Assembly: GCA_030390025.1 (NCBI GenBank)
Contig: CM059431.1
Span: forward strand, 135,100,001-135,164,000
Source: Squalus acanthias
Taxonomy: Eukaryota
DNA: 64,000 nucleotides
Direction: 5' to 3'
Of this stretch, positions 37,800 through 51,225 are shown one piece after another. The notes under the pieces are model-generated. The model searched no databases. It was not told where the DNA came from and was given only the letters and a program-made list of their open reading frames with translations. A program made the position numbers and the translations under genes. How positions within the stretch are numbered: position 1 is the first letter of the stretch; the number at the start of each line of letters is the position of its first letter.

Positions 37800-38566
37800 T
37801 ATATGGAAGCACAGTATAGTTTGTGCAAAGAATTATAATAGAAAGGTTAAGGCGCTTCTGTGGTGCTATAGAGACATCTTGATTTATCATGTTTTCACTC
37901 CATCGGTGGTATCTTCCACCAAGAATCTAGGCCCTTCACGTCAGGTTGTCAATACAAAGTACGGAAAAATTGGAGCTCAAAAAGTGAATTTTTTTGTATT
38001 CTGGACTACTTTTCTGAGGCTAAATTAAGGAGAGGAAAGAGGTTGGAAATGACTCTTCCCTGCTGCTCACCCCTTACACACCATAGCAGTTATATACATC
38101 CATTGCTAATGGTTTCTATTCTGAGGGTAGAAGACTGGAAGCACATAATACATTCTTGCAGCACAGTCTGCATTATTTGAGAAGCAGCTTAAGCCAGTGA
38201 CATTCAGTATGCATTTTTCTGCTTCATCATAAACTTCCTTGTGCACTGACAAGAAGCTTAAATAGTTATTCATAGAGCAGATTTATAGGTACTTTGGAGA
38301 AGAGTGAGCGTCAGGCTCCCATAATTCATTTCATGATAATTAAAAAAATAACATATTATTGGTAAACATCTGAAAAATCACTGTGTGCAACAGGATTGGT
38401 AGCTGTGTTTTATTCCCTCCCCTTTTTTGTTTTTACCTTTGCATTTGGTATCATGTTTCAGTGATGACAAAATGTTGTCAATATCTGACCACGTGAAAGT
38501 TAAAAAAAAAATGAACATGATGTCACAACGTTATTGGTGCTCCAACATGCTGTGCAGCTCTAAGGT

Positions 38567-39365
38567 GGGACATAAGCTAGCACCTCCTATTCCCTGGGCT
38601 TTGAGTTCCCTATGGGACATGAGCCAGCATCTCCTATTCCCTGGGCCTTGAGTTCCCTATGGGACATGTGCCAGCACCTCCTATTCCCTGGGCCTTGAGT
38701 TCCCTATGGGACATGTGCCAGCACCTCCTATTCCCTGGGCCTTGAGTTCCCTATGGGACATGTGCCAGCACCTCCTATTCCCTGGGCCTTGAGTTCCCTA
38801 TGGGACATGTGCCAGCACCTCCTATTCCCTGGGCCTTGAGTTCCCTATGGGACATGTGCCAGCACCTCCTATTCCCTGGGCCTTGAGTTCCCTATGGGAC
38901 ATGTGCCAGCACCTCCTATTCCCTGGGCCTTGAGTTCCCTATGGGACATGTGCCAGCACCTCCTATTCCCTGGGCTTTGAGTTCCCTATGGGACATGAGC
39001 CAGCACCTCCTATTCCCTGGGCCTTGAGTTCCCTATGGGACATGTGCCAGCACCTCCTATTCCCTGGGCTTTGAGTTCCCTATGGGACATGTGCCAGCAC
39101 CTCCTATTCCCTGGGCTTTGAGTTCCCTATGGGACATGTGCCAGCACCTCCTATTCCCTGGGCTTTGAGTTCCCTATGGGACATGTGCCAGCACCTCCTA
39201 TTCCCTGGGCCTTGAGTTCCCTATGGGACATGTGCCAGCACCTCCTATTCCCTGGGCCTTGAGTTCCCTATGGGACATGTGCCAGCACCTCCTATTCCCT
39301 GGGCCTTGAGTTCCCTATGGGACATGTGCCAGCACCTCCTATTCCCTGGGCTTTGAGTTCCCTAT
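38567..39365. repeat. Minisatellite with a 47-bp unit, ~17 copies
   Basis: Unit GCCAGCACCTCCTATTCCCTGGGCYTTGAGTTCCCTATGGGACATGW starts every 47 bp from 38576 to 39328, with no spacers. Confidence 0.97.
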
Positions 39366-40529
39366 CTCAATGATACTATCAGGAGAAGTGTAGAACAGAT
39401 ACTTAATGGTTCCTCACAGCATAGAAAGAAACTCAGGAAACAAGTTACCCTGGCTCCATCTCATGAACCTCTCCAGAAGCTAGTTCAAGAGCAGCATAGA
39501 CAGATGCCTGGAAGCAGCTCATCTGATAACCTTATTTAGTGAATAATGCTGCATGCTAAAGGAGATGGATAAAATGGGGTGGGGACAGAATTAGAAACAC
39601 TTAAAACCTGAAGGTGGACCAGATGCATAGGATTCGTTTGGTGCAGTAGGTTAATGGACTATTATTTTAGCTTATTATGGGTTGTATGCATTTACACCAG
39701 ATTGAGGACCTATCTTTAATAACTGAGTATCCCAAGAGTTTGGGCAATTTCAATCTAATTGTCGGTGCGGTTTGGTGCACGGTAGAAAACTGCCCTATAG
39801 TTCAGACCTAATTGACAATCCCACTCAGAGAATTCGCTGACATATTCAGTCTGGAATGTTTAATGGGGGTACTTTTCTGAGGTTATGGACAAACCCCATT
39901 TGTGGGGCAGAGTGGAGGTACCTTTAATGGTTATGTTTCCTATGCTATACCTGACCTGCAAGAGCTTGATGCTGGTATTTTGTGTGAAAGGTGGGAAATT
40001 GTTCCATTTACCATCATGAACATCCCTCAACTAGATGAGCACAAATTCACCAAATGTTTTGTAAAAAGAAATGCAAACTATAAAATACCGTCTCCACCAC
40101 TTACATGATCCACACTTAGCATGGGCAGTAGCCTATATCCGGCAAATAGCGCTAACTATTTGCCATTACCATAGGAGTCAATTACAAAGGCGCCGCTTAT
40201 AACGTATTGAGAGTGCCAGCTGTTTCAGAGAGATCAGTAAGTTCATTGCACCTCGTTAATTCCCTATATTTACCGATTTAAAAAGCTCCGCTGATTTTCA
40301 GCAAAGTCGGGTCGTCAAGCAGCTTCAATCAGCTGTTCACACCTTGTTAAAATACAGTTACCTTGGTGATGAGATTCTGTGCATTGGTATTGATTTGGAT
40401 GCAACTGCCAACAATTACGAGAGGCAGTTGGAAAGTGGCGACTTCAGGCGTTCTGCATTGTGCCTGATATTTTAAAATCTGCATGAGAAATTTTTCCACT
40501 ACTATTGCATTTCAGATACCTTCAGCTTA

Positions 40530-40635
40530 GCGCTGGAAAAACTCAGCAGGCCAGGCAACATCCGTGGAGAGAGAAACAGAGTTAATGTTTCAGGTCGAAG
40601 ACCCTTCGTCAGCATCCGCAGTATTTTGCTATTGT
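40530..40635 (-). mobile_element. Short Penelope-like terminal remnant
   Basis: Matches 48630-48710. Confidence 0.7.
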
Positions 40636-41943
40636 ACCTTCAGTTTAGCCTTGATTAAAGAGATGAAGAGATTAAAGAGGGGAAGGGGAATGGCCAGAAG
40701 TCATGGTCCATGTTAGAAGCAATGACATATGTAAGAAAAGGGTTGAGGTCCTACAGGCAGAGTTTAAGGAGCTAGGGAGGAAGTTAAAGAGCAAGACCTC
40801 AAAGGTAGTAATCTCTGCATTATTCTCAGTGTCATGCACTAGTGAGTATAGGAATAGTAGAATAAAACAGGTTAATGCATGGCTGGAGAAATGGTGCAGG
40901 AGGGAGGGGTTCAAATTCCTCGGGCATTGGGGCCAGTTTGGGGCAGGCGGGACTTGTACATGATGGATGGGTTGCACCTCAACAGGGTTGGCACCAATGT
41001 CCTTGTAGGTAGGCTACCTGGAGCTGTGGGGGAGGATTTAAACTAATTTGGTAGGGGAGGGGCATTTGGATGAAGCATTAGAGAGCAGATGGAAGATGAC
41101 AGAGGACTGGGGAAGACAAACAGCATTAGAATAAAGAGTAGTTCAGAAATAAGAGGGATCAGGCAGGGGGGAATTGCGAGGCAAACTAAGATGGGTTTAG
41201 AGTGCATGTGTGTAAATGCACGGAGCGTGGTAAATAAGGTTGGTGAGATGCCGGCACAAGTAGCTGCATGGGATTATGATAATGTGGCAATAATGGAGAC
41301 CAGGCTCAAACAAGGGGAGAAATAGGCACTTAATATTCCTAGCTACAGTTTATTCAGGGAAGATAGGGGAGGAAAAAATAGATCAAAGATATTGGCCGGA
41401 ATTTTCATGCTGCCATGCGTGCGGGATTGGAGGCGGGTCGGGAGTAAAAGTGGAAATAAATCGGAGCGCGTCGGGAACCCGCTGTTATCCTGCCTCCTTG
41501 CGCCTGTAACTCAGGCCCGTTTGCCAGCGCGGCAGCAACCTGAACGGCAAAGGCGGGCAACCCAATTTAGATAATTATTAGCTTGTTGTCAGACCCTTAA
41601 ACATCTTTTTAACCAGACCTTTGCAAATTCACTGCATGACCACGGGAATCATGCAGCTCGGGAACCATGTCTATCAAGCTGAGGCAGAAGTTCAGTGGCC
41701 ATTGATCCAGCTCATTAATGCACAGCATGGAAAGCACAATAGATACTGCCACCTGACACCTGCTTACTTTCCTAAGGGAAATGCTGTTACTGAGTTCATT
41801 TTCAGCACAGATTTAGGTGTCTAGAGGTAGCAAGTCTTCTCTGCAAATTCGGAAACCACTTTCACCTGATTGTTACAACCTATCACACCATTGACAGATT
41901 GCTTCTCTCATCTCTACTTGACCTGCCATCTATTACTGCAGCA

Positions 41944-42930
41944 TGGGTGCCACTTATACTGTCTCACCTTGGTCCTCAGAATCGGACTAGGATGAGCCCC
42001 TACACCAGCAGCAGCAGGCACACCAGCAGCAGCAGCAACAACAACACCACCAACCTTCTCCTGATGCTGCACAGGACAGAGGGCATCAGCGCAGGGGTGC
42101 ACCGTGCCGGAGGCGATACCTCCAACACAGGGTATACAGGCAGAGGATGAGCTTCCTCAACATGACTGAGCAACTGTGCCAAAGGAGGCTCAGGCGATTG
42201 CGCCAGGTCATCGCAGACATTTGCAGTTTGCTCGAACAAGAGCTGCAGCCCAGAGGACCTGGTGGACACGCCTTACCAGTGACTGTCAAAGTCACCCTTG
42301 TCCTCAACTTCTTTGCCTCAGGCTCCTTCCAGGGATCTGCAGCAGACATTTGCAGCATCTCGCAGTCGGCCACTCACAGATGCATCAAGTCACCAATGCC
42401 CTGTTTGACAAGTCAGACAATGATGTCAACTTTGCCACTGATGATGCCAGTGTTATTGAGTGGGCGCTGGGCTTTGCAGCTCTGGCTGGCTGCTTGGAGA
42501 CAAGGGCTATCCACTGAAGACATGGTTCATGACACCCTTGAAGAAGCCAAGTACTGAGGCCGAGGAGAGATATAATGAAAGCCATATGTTCACCAGATGT
42601 GTCATAGAGCAAATAATAGGCATGCTGAAAATGCGCTTCAGATGCCTTGACAGATCTGGAGGAGCCCTTCAGTATGCACCAGCCAAGGTCTCCAGAATCA
42701 TCGTCGTCTGCTGTGCGCTGCACAACATAGCGCATTAGCGAGGATCAGCGCTGCATGAGGAGCAAGGCTCTGAGCGCACAGCCTTTTCAGAGGAGGCAGA
42801 GCAGGAGGAGCATCAGCTGGAAGATGAGGAGGAGCAGGAGCTGGAGGAACCTGAGGTCCAGATGCCACCAGCACCCAAACACATTGCTGCCCGGGAGGCC
42901 AGGGATGACCTCATCATGGCCAGATTTACT
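41944..42930 (+). pseudogene. HARBI1-like transposase pseudogene of the outer Harbinger
   Basis: [21 protein letters not shown] and [38 protein letters not shown] motifs. Frameshifts, and the central GAIDCTH region is deleted. Confidence 0.9.
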
Positions 42931-43369
42931 TACATTTCTGCAGTACACCCATATGGAAGTCACATGCAGCTGAGCAGAGCTGGGAACATCCTGCTCCCTC
43001 CAGTGAGGAGTCTCCACTGCTGTCTCTGTCTCCACCATCTCCTCTTGCTCACTTGTGACTTGTGAGACACCAGGTGACAACACTACGCTGTCTCGCGTAG
43101 GACTAACCGAGGCGCTGGTGCTCGGTGCGCTTATGTCTGCTGACGCTGCACCCTCAGAGGCTGGAGGCTTCTCTGAAAAGTCCTCTTCCTCTTCCTCCTG
43201 GACAGTGTGGGGGGGGGGGGGGGGGAGGGGCAGGGCTGTGCTCTTGATGGACCTGTGGGAAAGTAAAGAGATGATTTAGAAATCTAGGGGGAGAAATTCG
43301 GTACCTTAGCACCTCCAGTCAGCGCCTGGCGGGGGCGCTAATGGGGCAATGAGCCAGTAGCGAGAAAGA

Positions 43370-44453
43370 TTGGAACATGCGGCCATAGGGAGGAGGAGGG
43401 CCATGAGGGCTCTCAACAAGAGACCTTACCCTCCGAGGGTCTTCCGACAGCACTTCTCCTACCTTCAATTAAGCGAGGAGCAGTGTATTAGAAGGCCCCG
43501 CTTCACCAAGGAGGTGGCCACAGAACTCTGCCACCTCCTGCAACCAGACCTCGAGCCGCAGATCAGGACGAGGACAGCTCTCTCAGTGGCAGTCAAGGTC
43601 ACCGTCGCCCTCAATTTCTTTGCCAGTGGATCCTTCCAGTCTGCAGCAGGAGACATAGCTAACATCTCGCAGTTCGCCGTCTATTGCTGCATCTGGGAGG
43701 TCACAGAGGCTCTCTACAGTAGGAGAAGGGACTACATTTCCTTCCCCATCACCAGAGAGAAGCAGGACGAGTATGCATGTGGCTTTACCAGGATAGCGGG
43801 CTTCCCCATGGTGCAGGGCGCCATTGATTGCACCCAAGTCGCTTTGCGGGCACCCCATAATAATCCTGAAGTCTTCTGTAACTGCAAAAGCTACCACTCA
43901 CTTAATGTCAAGTTGGCATGTGACCACAGACTGCGAATCCTCAATGTGAATGCCTGCTATCCTGGCAGCAGTTACAATGCCTTCATCCTGCACCAGACCG
44001 GTGTGCCAGCACTCTTCCAGCCACCACATCAAGCTTGCGGCTGGCTGGTCGGAGACTCCCCTCCGCAACCCCAACACTCCTGCCCAGCACTCATATAATG
44101 AGAGCCATGCTGCCACCAGGAGCATCATTTTACAGACCATCGGGGTACTCAAGCAACGGGTCCACTGCCTTGACCGCTCGGGAGGAGCCCTCCAGTACTT
44201 GGCTGAGCAGGTGTCCCATTTCGTCGTCGTCTGCTGCACGCTCCACAATTTGGCCATCATGAGGGCCCAACCCTTGCCACCAGGGATTGCGGGACCACCT
44301 CAGGAGGAGGAAGAGGGAAAGGAGGAGGACGAGGAGGAAGAGGAAGATGAGGAAGAGGAGGAGGAGGAACAGGAGCGAGGGAGGAGGCAGCCACTCAATT
44401 GGCCTTCCGGAAGGGCAGTCCGTGACCGCCTCATCAGACTGTGGTTCCAATAA
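43370..44453 (+). pseudogene. HARBI1-like DDE transposase pseudogene of the inner Harbinger
   Basis: GFPMVQGAIDCTQV, YHSLNV, GWLVGD and YNESHAATR..CCTLHN motifs. Deletion/frameshift at ~44055. Confidence 0.92.
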
Positions 44454-44649
44454 ATTAAACCCCAAATCCCTGTTGCTCACCACATCCCCATCATTTCATC
44501 CCTGTCACAGGCCATTTCACAGCACAAAGCTGAAATGAGACACACCACAAAATAATACAAACGGAATTAATAAATTTATCAATAATCAGTTAACACATAT
44601 TTACAACAACAATATTAACTATTCACCCTTGTGCAATCCCTTAGTTACT

Positions 44650-46492
44650 GTGCCTTTGCCTACTCTAGTGCTCCCACGAAGTGTTGGCCCAGTGGCTGCA
44701 GCAAGGCTGGTGGAAGGCTGCTGAGTGTCCATGCGGGAGACTTCAGATGGCTTTGCAGGACAACCTCAACCAGCTCTGGGCCTGGAAGTCCCGGCTATAG
44801 ACTGCACCACCTCAGTCTGGGCTGGCTGGATGACAGGCAGCAACAAGGGCAATGGCGGAGTGCCAGTGGTGGGAGCAGGAATGCTGTCATCCTGAGAGAG
44901 GACAGCAGGTTCCTGCTCCACTGACCCACTGCCACTCCCCCGGGGCAGTACCTCAGCAACCCTAGCAATCTTATGCAGCACAGATTGCTGGCCTACTGCA
45001 ACACCGTGAGATCCCCGGTGGACTGTGGTGGACCCAGCGATGATAGCAGCAGTCAGAGGTTGCGTGGCATCAAGCTGAGACTGCGTGAGAGCAGTTTGAG
45101 ATTGAATGCTACCAAGCATAGACTGCATTACAGCACTTAGATGTTGCGTCGCTTCCGCCTGTGCTGCAATGAAAGCTGCCAGATCGCCCATCACATACGG
45201 CATCAGGTCTGGGTCGCCACAGTCTCTCTGGGAGTCGACCATCCCTTGCAGACTGGAATTGATGGGCTCCATGGTGTGCACAGAGCTCTGTGCAATGTTG
45301 GAGGCGGACTCCTCCATGCTCCTTACCATTGCCGAGAGGCTCTCGGGCACCCTTGCCATTCCACCTATCATCTCCGTGCGCATGCCCATCACCCTTCTTC
45401 TGAAGGCCTCCCCGTCGAGGTCCTCATCTAAGTCCTGTGCAGCAGAACTCGCACGTGAACTTGCCCTCCGAGGAGCTGGCCCCCGAGCTAACCTGTTCCC
45501 CAGCCGTGCTGCAGCCTGCTCGTCCCGGTGCATCACCCTGTGCAGATCCCGCTACAATACTAGCCTCTAAAGAACACGTAGTGCCAGTATCTGAGCTGGT
45601 GCCTGCGGGTGAGACATGCAGCGACATGTGTGTTCTTCCTCCTCCTCTTCTCCCGCCTTGTCCTCAACAGTACCCTCAGGGACAAGCTGCTCAGGTGCTT
45701 GCTCATTACCTGAAAGCATAAAGGCACAAGAGACGGGTTAAGGTGAGGGGAGGGAGTAGGAAGGGAGAAATGCATGCATTCAGCATGATTAGCTGGAAAG
45801 TGCGAAAGGCTTGTGGGGTGAGGGGGAAGTGGGATGTGAGAAGAAGGAGTAGGGATGAACATACCGTTGTTGTCCCCAAGGGGGTCAACGTCGCTGGTGG
45901 CCACGGTGCCCACCACCTGGCACCCAAAAATCTCCAGCACTCTATTTTCCAGCGTAGACAGTGGTTGGGTGTCGGATTGTCCCCCGCCTGTGCGCTCCTG
46001 CTCCCTCCTGTTGTGAGCCACCTTGGCCTGCAAGAGAAAGGAAAGTGTGTGAGTGAGTCGTGGAGCAATGTGTTTGGGTGATGTGCCTGCCATAGTTGAA
46101 TAGCTGTCATTGTGTGCAAGGTGTGAGATGTGGGTGTGAGTGTTGGTAAGTAGAGATTGTTGGAGGGTGAGTGCTGCGTGCTTTGGCCAGTGTGTGCAGA
46201 CTGTGGTTCAGATGGTGGTGTGTAGCATTTGTTGAGGCATTGACTCACCCTGACCACTTGAGTGAGGTCATTAAATTTCTTCCTGCACTGTGTGTAGGTC
46301 CTGGGGACCACAGTGCTGCCCGAGACCTAATCGACAACCTCCCTCCCCATGGCACGGCAGACTTGCGGCGAGGGCCTCCTGCCACTTGCTGGGTAGAGCA
46401 CCGCCCTCCTTCTCTCCACAGCGGACACCAACTCCTCCAATGCTTGGTCCGAAAATCTGCGGGCTCTCTCCCTGGGGCGTGGATCTGCTATG
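44650..46492 (-). pseudogene. Three-exon Myb/SANT-like gene remnant of the inner Harbinger
   Basis: Exon 1 ~46492-46249 (RARRFSDQALEELV..QCRKKFNDL, internal stop at 46327). Exon 2 46027-45865 (AKVAHNRREQERTGGG). Exon 3 starts at 45709. GT-AG junctions. Confidence 0.85.
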
Positions 46493-48582
46493 AGTACAGC
46501 TGGTTGAGTCGTCTGGCTCCTTGGACTTGGCCTGCTCTTGCTTGCTGACACAGGTTCAGAGCCAGCAATGCTGAGAATGAGGTTCTGCAGCATGAATGAA
46601 CCTCCCCTTTAAGAACTGGAAAGAGCCTGTGGCAATGATGACTTGCGATTAGACTGCACCTGATATTGGTTAGCGCTTTGAGTGTAACGCCACTGAGCTA
46701 GGCCGTTAGTGCTTGATTTAACGCACCCATCCTTTCTTTGAACGATGACACTGAATTTTGCGTGCAGCGAGATTCATTAGTGCCTGGCGCTAAATCTCAA
46801 ACTTTTCCAAAGTTAGCGCCCACTCCTGGGCTATAATGAATTTCTCCCCCCTAATATCAAGAATGGCTAATGATACCATTGTGCACATGATGAACATTCA
46901 CTGGCTGCTGACATCAGTCCCCATATGAGTGACTGCTGTATGCCATGTGGCTGTATTAGATGTAATTCTGTCACCAGATTGCTGAGAGGTCCTCCTCTCT
47001 TCTTCTCCCACCGCCAGCTGCTCTGCAACTCCTGAGACCTCCAGGGCGACCTCCTCTGCTGGAGTCAATGTGGCCAATGATGGAGGGCCATCTCTGGTTC
47101 TCTTCCTCTCCCTCTTATTGTGGGCTCTCTTCTCATGCAAGGAGGGAAAGAAGAGATGTTTGAGTGAGGGTGATGGCATGAATGTAAGGAATGTGTGGGT
47201 TACATCTTTAGAGGGTGACTATAAGGGAGTGGGGTGCCAATGCCAAAGTGCCAATGCTAAGTGGCCTCCTTGTGTGTTGTTAGTTGGTATGATTGCATTA
47301 AGATGAGGGTGAGTGTGAGGGGTGGTTAGTCAGATGGGGATGTGAGTATGTACATAGAGAGAGACGTGCAAGGTATGTTGGTGTGAGCAATGATGTGCAG
47401 GAGCAGGCTTGGGAAGGCAGAGTGATGGGGATGTGATGAGAGGCACAGCAGGATGAAGTTGAGTGTGGCTTTGCACTCACCTTTCCTGATCTCATGAGAT
47501 CCTTGAAGTGCTTCCGGCAGTGCACCCAGGTCCTCCTGACCACATACCTGCTGTTGACCTCCTCTTCTATCTCTAGCCAGGCTATTTTAGTCTCCTGGAG
47601 TGGTCTCTTCCGCCCATCAGCAGGGAAGAGGACCTCCCTGCATGCTCTGACTCCCTCCTCAAAAATATGGAGGGAGTCATTGGAGAAACTGGGTGCAGCC
47701 CTTTGGCTCTGTGACGCCATCTGTGCAAGGCTGAGCAGTAAACAGATGCTGAAATGTACTGCCTGCAGAATCCTAGACGAACCTTCAAATGCAATGTGGC
47801 CAAGGCTGCTTTAAATATCCCGGCTGGAAAGAGTCATTGATGATGTCATCAGACCCGCACCATTTAATAGGGCCGGGTAACGTGCAGGGCTGCCTTAATA
47901 GGCGCCATTAAGGGAAAGTCGCTCTGAGAAGTGGGATGAAAAGAAGAATGGGGTCCCAACCTGCCACGCCGACTGTCCTCACTCGACCCGCCCAGGTAAT
48001 GAAAATTCCGGCCACTGTTACAGCACTGGAAAGGGATGATGTAGTTCAGGGTTCAAAGACAGAATTTATTTGGTTAGAATTAAGGAACAATAGAAGAGCT
48101 GTTATGTTTCTGGGTGTATGGTGGGACAGAGATAAAGGGGCAAATTTGCAGGCAAATTGCAGAAAGATGCAAGAGTAGTGATAATGGGGGACTTCAATTA
48201 TCCTAATATAGACTGGAAAAATAACAGTGTAAAGGGCAGAGAGGAAGAGGAATTCCGGAAATGTGTGCAAGAGAACTTTCTTGATAAGAATGTTTCCAGC
48301 CCAACGAGGAAGGAAGCAGTGCTGGATCTAGATGCAGCACAGAGCGTAACCACAGATTGCAACATCAACTGAGTGGATCGTGAACCGAGTGGGAATTTTA
48401 GAATTTGGTGAGAGTAAGAATTTGGTGGAGAGGGGGAAGGAGGTGCTTCTTTTTGGTTTGTGTAAGCTTGAGGCAGGAAGTATTTAAAATTTTGTTCAGT
48501 GTTTCAATGCTTAGTGCAAGTTAATGTGTCAAAAAAAAACAAAATCCTTAAAATAGACTAAAAGGTCTATAAACAAATAAAA

Positions 48583-49132
48583 AAGCAAAATACTGCAGAT
48601 GCTGGAAATCTGAAATAAAAACAGAAAATGCTGGAAACACTCAGCAGATCTGGCAGCATCCGTGGAGAGAGAAACACAGGTAACGTTTCAGGCCGATGAC
48701 CTTTCGTCAGAACTGGGAAACGTTACAGACGTAACAAGTTTTAAGCACGTGCAGAGGCAGGGAATGGGAGGAGGGAGGAAAGAACAAACGGGAAGATCTG
48801 TGATAGGGTGGAAGGCAGGAGTGATTAAATAACAAAGGGATGATGGTGCGAGGCAAATGGGGGTGGTAATGAGACAAGTAAAGAAACAAAAGATTGGTCT
48901 AGGAATAGCAGAATCATCAAAAGCTGCTGTGCAAAAAAATGGGGGCTGAGGTTATGTTCTGAAATTGTTGAACTCAGTATTGAGTCCGGAAGACTGTAAA
49001 GTGCCTAATCGAATGATGAGGTGCTGTTCCTCAATCTTACATTGAGCTTCATTGGAACAGTGGAGGAGGCCGAGGACAGAGATGTCCGAGTTGGAGTCTA
49101 GCAGAGAATTAAAGTGGCAGGCGGCTGGAAGC
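48583..49132 (-). mobile_element. Penelope-like element 3' fragment (GIY-YIG C-terminus plus 3' end)
   Basis: Minus-strand reading ACHFNS..ISVLGL..EEQHLIIRLGTLQSSGLNTEFNNFR at ~48960-49130. Confidence 0.8.
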
Positions 49133-51067
49133 CCTATAATTAGGGGGATAGATAGCGTCCTCTGCAGCCACGAACAATATTCCCGAAGGGTGTGTTGCCT
49201 GGTGTGTGTGTGTGGTGCCAGAGTAAGGGATATCTCGAAGCAGCTGGAGAGGAATTTGGAAAGGGAGGAGGAAAATCCAGTTGTTGTGGTCTATGTTGGA
49301 ACAAACGACATAGGTAGGAACAGGGAGGAGGTCCTGCTGAGGGAGTATCAGGAGCTAGGAGCTAAATTAAAAAGCAGGACCATGAAGGTAATAATCTCTG
49401 GATTGTTGCCCAAGCCATGTACAAATTGGCATAGAAAAAGACAGATCAGGAAAATTAACATGTGGATAAAGGGCTGGTGTGGGAAAGAGGGGTTCCTTTT
49501 CATGGGACACTGACATCAGTACTGGGAAAGGAAGGAGCTGTAAAGATGGGACAGCTCCACTTGAACCGGAATGGGACCAGTGCCATAGTGGAAAGGGTAA
49601 ATAGGGAGCTGGGAATTAAACATTGCAGGGTATAACATATTCAAAAAAGATAGAGTGGGAAAAAGGGAAGGTGGAGTAGATGTACTTATTAGCGAAAACA
49701 TAATGGCAGTAGAAGAAAGTAAAGCAGCTATCAGTAAGACAGAAATAGAATCCGTGTGGATAGAGATAAAAGATAATGAAGGATCAATCACACTAATAGG
49801 GGTAGTCTACAGACCACCTAATAGTGGAAGGGAGCTGGAGGAAAAAGTATGCAACAAATCAGGAAAATTAGTAGAAATCCTAGAATAATAATCATGGGGG
49901 ATTTCACCTACCCTGAATTAATTGGCCAGAAGAGGTAGATAAAGGGGATAAGTGAATGGAGTTCCTACAATGTGTACAGGACTCCTTTCGAACCCAGTAT
50001 GTAAGAAGCCCAATAAGGGAAGATTTGGGTACTGGGTCTAGTAATGGGGAATGAACCAGAGCAGATAAGAAAAGTAAAAGTAGGGGAACATCTAGGAAAT
50101 AGTGACCATAATATAATATACTTTAAGATAAAAATTGAGATGGACATAAGCATGACAATGACCAGGGTAATAGATTGGAGAAAAGCAGATTTTGAGGGGC
50201 TGAGAATAGAACTTGGGAAAATAAAATGGACAGCAAATATTGGCAAATAATGATGCAGAACAGCAATTGGAAACATTTAAAATGGTGTTCAACAGATTCC
50301 ATGAAAAATATATTCTGGCAAAAAATAAGAACAAACTAAACACTAATGAAACACCATGGATAAATAACGACATAAGGGAAAAATTGAGGGCAAGGAAACA
50401 GATATACACTAAGTACATGGATTGCAGGGGAGAGCATGACAAGGGTGAATATGAAGAGATTGGGAGAGAAGTCAAAAAAACAAAGAGGCAAAGAGGGACT
50501 ATGAAATTAAATAATCAAGGAATTTAAAATAAAATAGTAAAATATTCTATTCTAAAAAAAGGGAAGTCGGGATGGGAATAGGGCCACTAGAGGATGGACA
50601 GCATTAAATCACAGGCAGCGATAGCGAAGTGGCAGAAATATTCAATAATTACTTTGCTTCAGTATTTACCAGGGAGACAGATCAGGTGGGCCTGACATCA
50701 GAGGATGAGATTAGAAATTATATAACTGCATTTAAAATAAAAAGAGGAGAAATATTAAAGAAACTACTCAAACTCAAAGAGGATAAAACCCCTGGTCTGG
50801 ACAGATTGCATCCGCACATTTTAAAAGAATCTAGAGAAGAGATAGCAGAGGCACTATTACACATATTTAATAATTCGTTAGAAAAAGGTGTAGTGCCAGA
50901 GGATGGCGGATACCTATATTTAAGAAGGGAGATAGAACATGTCCATTGAATTATAGAACAGTCAGCTTAACGTCGGTGGCAATAAAAATAATGGATTCCT
51001 ACTAAAGGAGAAAATAGAAAAATATCCAGAAACCAAAAATACAATAATGAATAGTCAGCATGGATTT

Positions 51068-51225
51068 TTAAAAATTCATTCCTAGGATGTGGACATTGCT
51101 GGCAAGGCCAGCATTTATTGCACATCCCTAATTACCCTTGAGAAGGTGATGCTGAGCTGCCTTCTTGAACCACTGCCGTCCTTGTGGTGAAGGTACTCCC
51201 ACAGTGCTGTTAGGGAGGGAGTTCC
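51068..51225 (-). mobile_element. 3'-terminal fragment of the tRNA-headed LINE family
   Basis: Matches 31625-31770. Confidence 0.85.

Larger units (their letters stand above)
43287..46850 (+). mobile_element. Inner PIF/Harbinger transposon, 3564 bp
   Basis: Perfect 13-bp TIR GGGGGAGAAATTC. Exact TSD CTA at 43284-43286 and 46851-46853. Two convergent genes. Confidence 0.95.
42960..47720 (-). pseudogene. Spliced Myb/SANT-like DNA-binding gene remnant of the outer Harbinger
   Basis: Exon 1 47720-47481 (MASQSQRAAPSFS..AWLEI..CRKHFKDL, GTGAG donor). Exon 2 ~47135-46975 (EKRAHNKRERKRT). Exon 3 starts at ~43252. Confidence 0.8.
41394..48013 (+). mobile_element. Outer PIF/Harbinger transposon (decayed two-gene element)
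   Basis: Perfect 15-bp TIR GGCCGGAATTTTCAT. TSD ATT/ACT. Convergent transposase (+) and Myb/SANT (-) genes. Confidence 0.92.

Noticed and set aside
38567..39365. CRISPR array
   Set aside because: The units are contiguous with no unique spacers, there are no cas genes, and the context is eukaryotic.
43370..44453. Host HARBI1 gene
   Set aside because: It is frameshifted, lies between TIRs with a TSD, is paired with a Myb-like gene, and has three paralogous copies in the window.
44766..45536. Novel 256-aa protein
   Set aside because: It is the last exon of the inner Harbinger's Myb/SANT-like gene, with a homologous fragment at 53830-54240.
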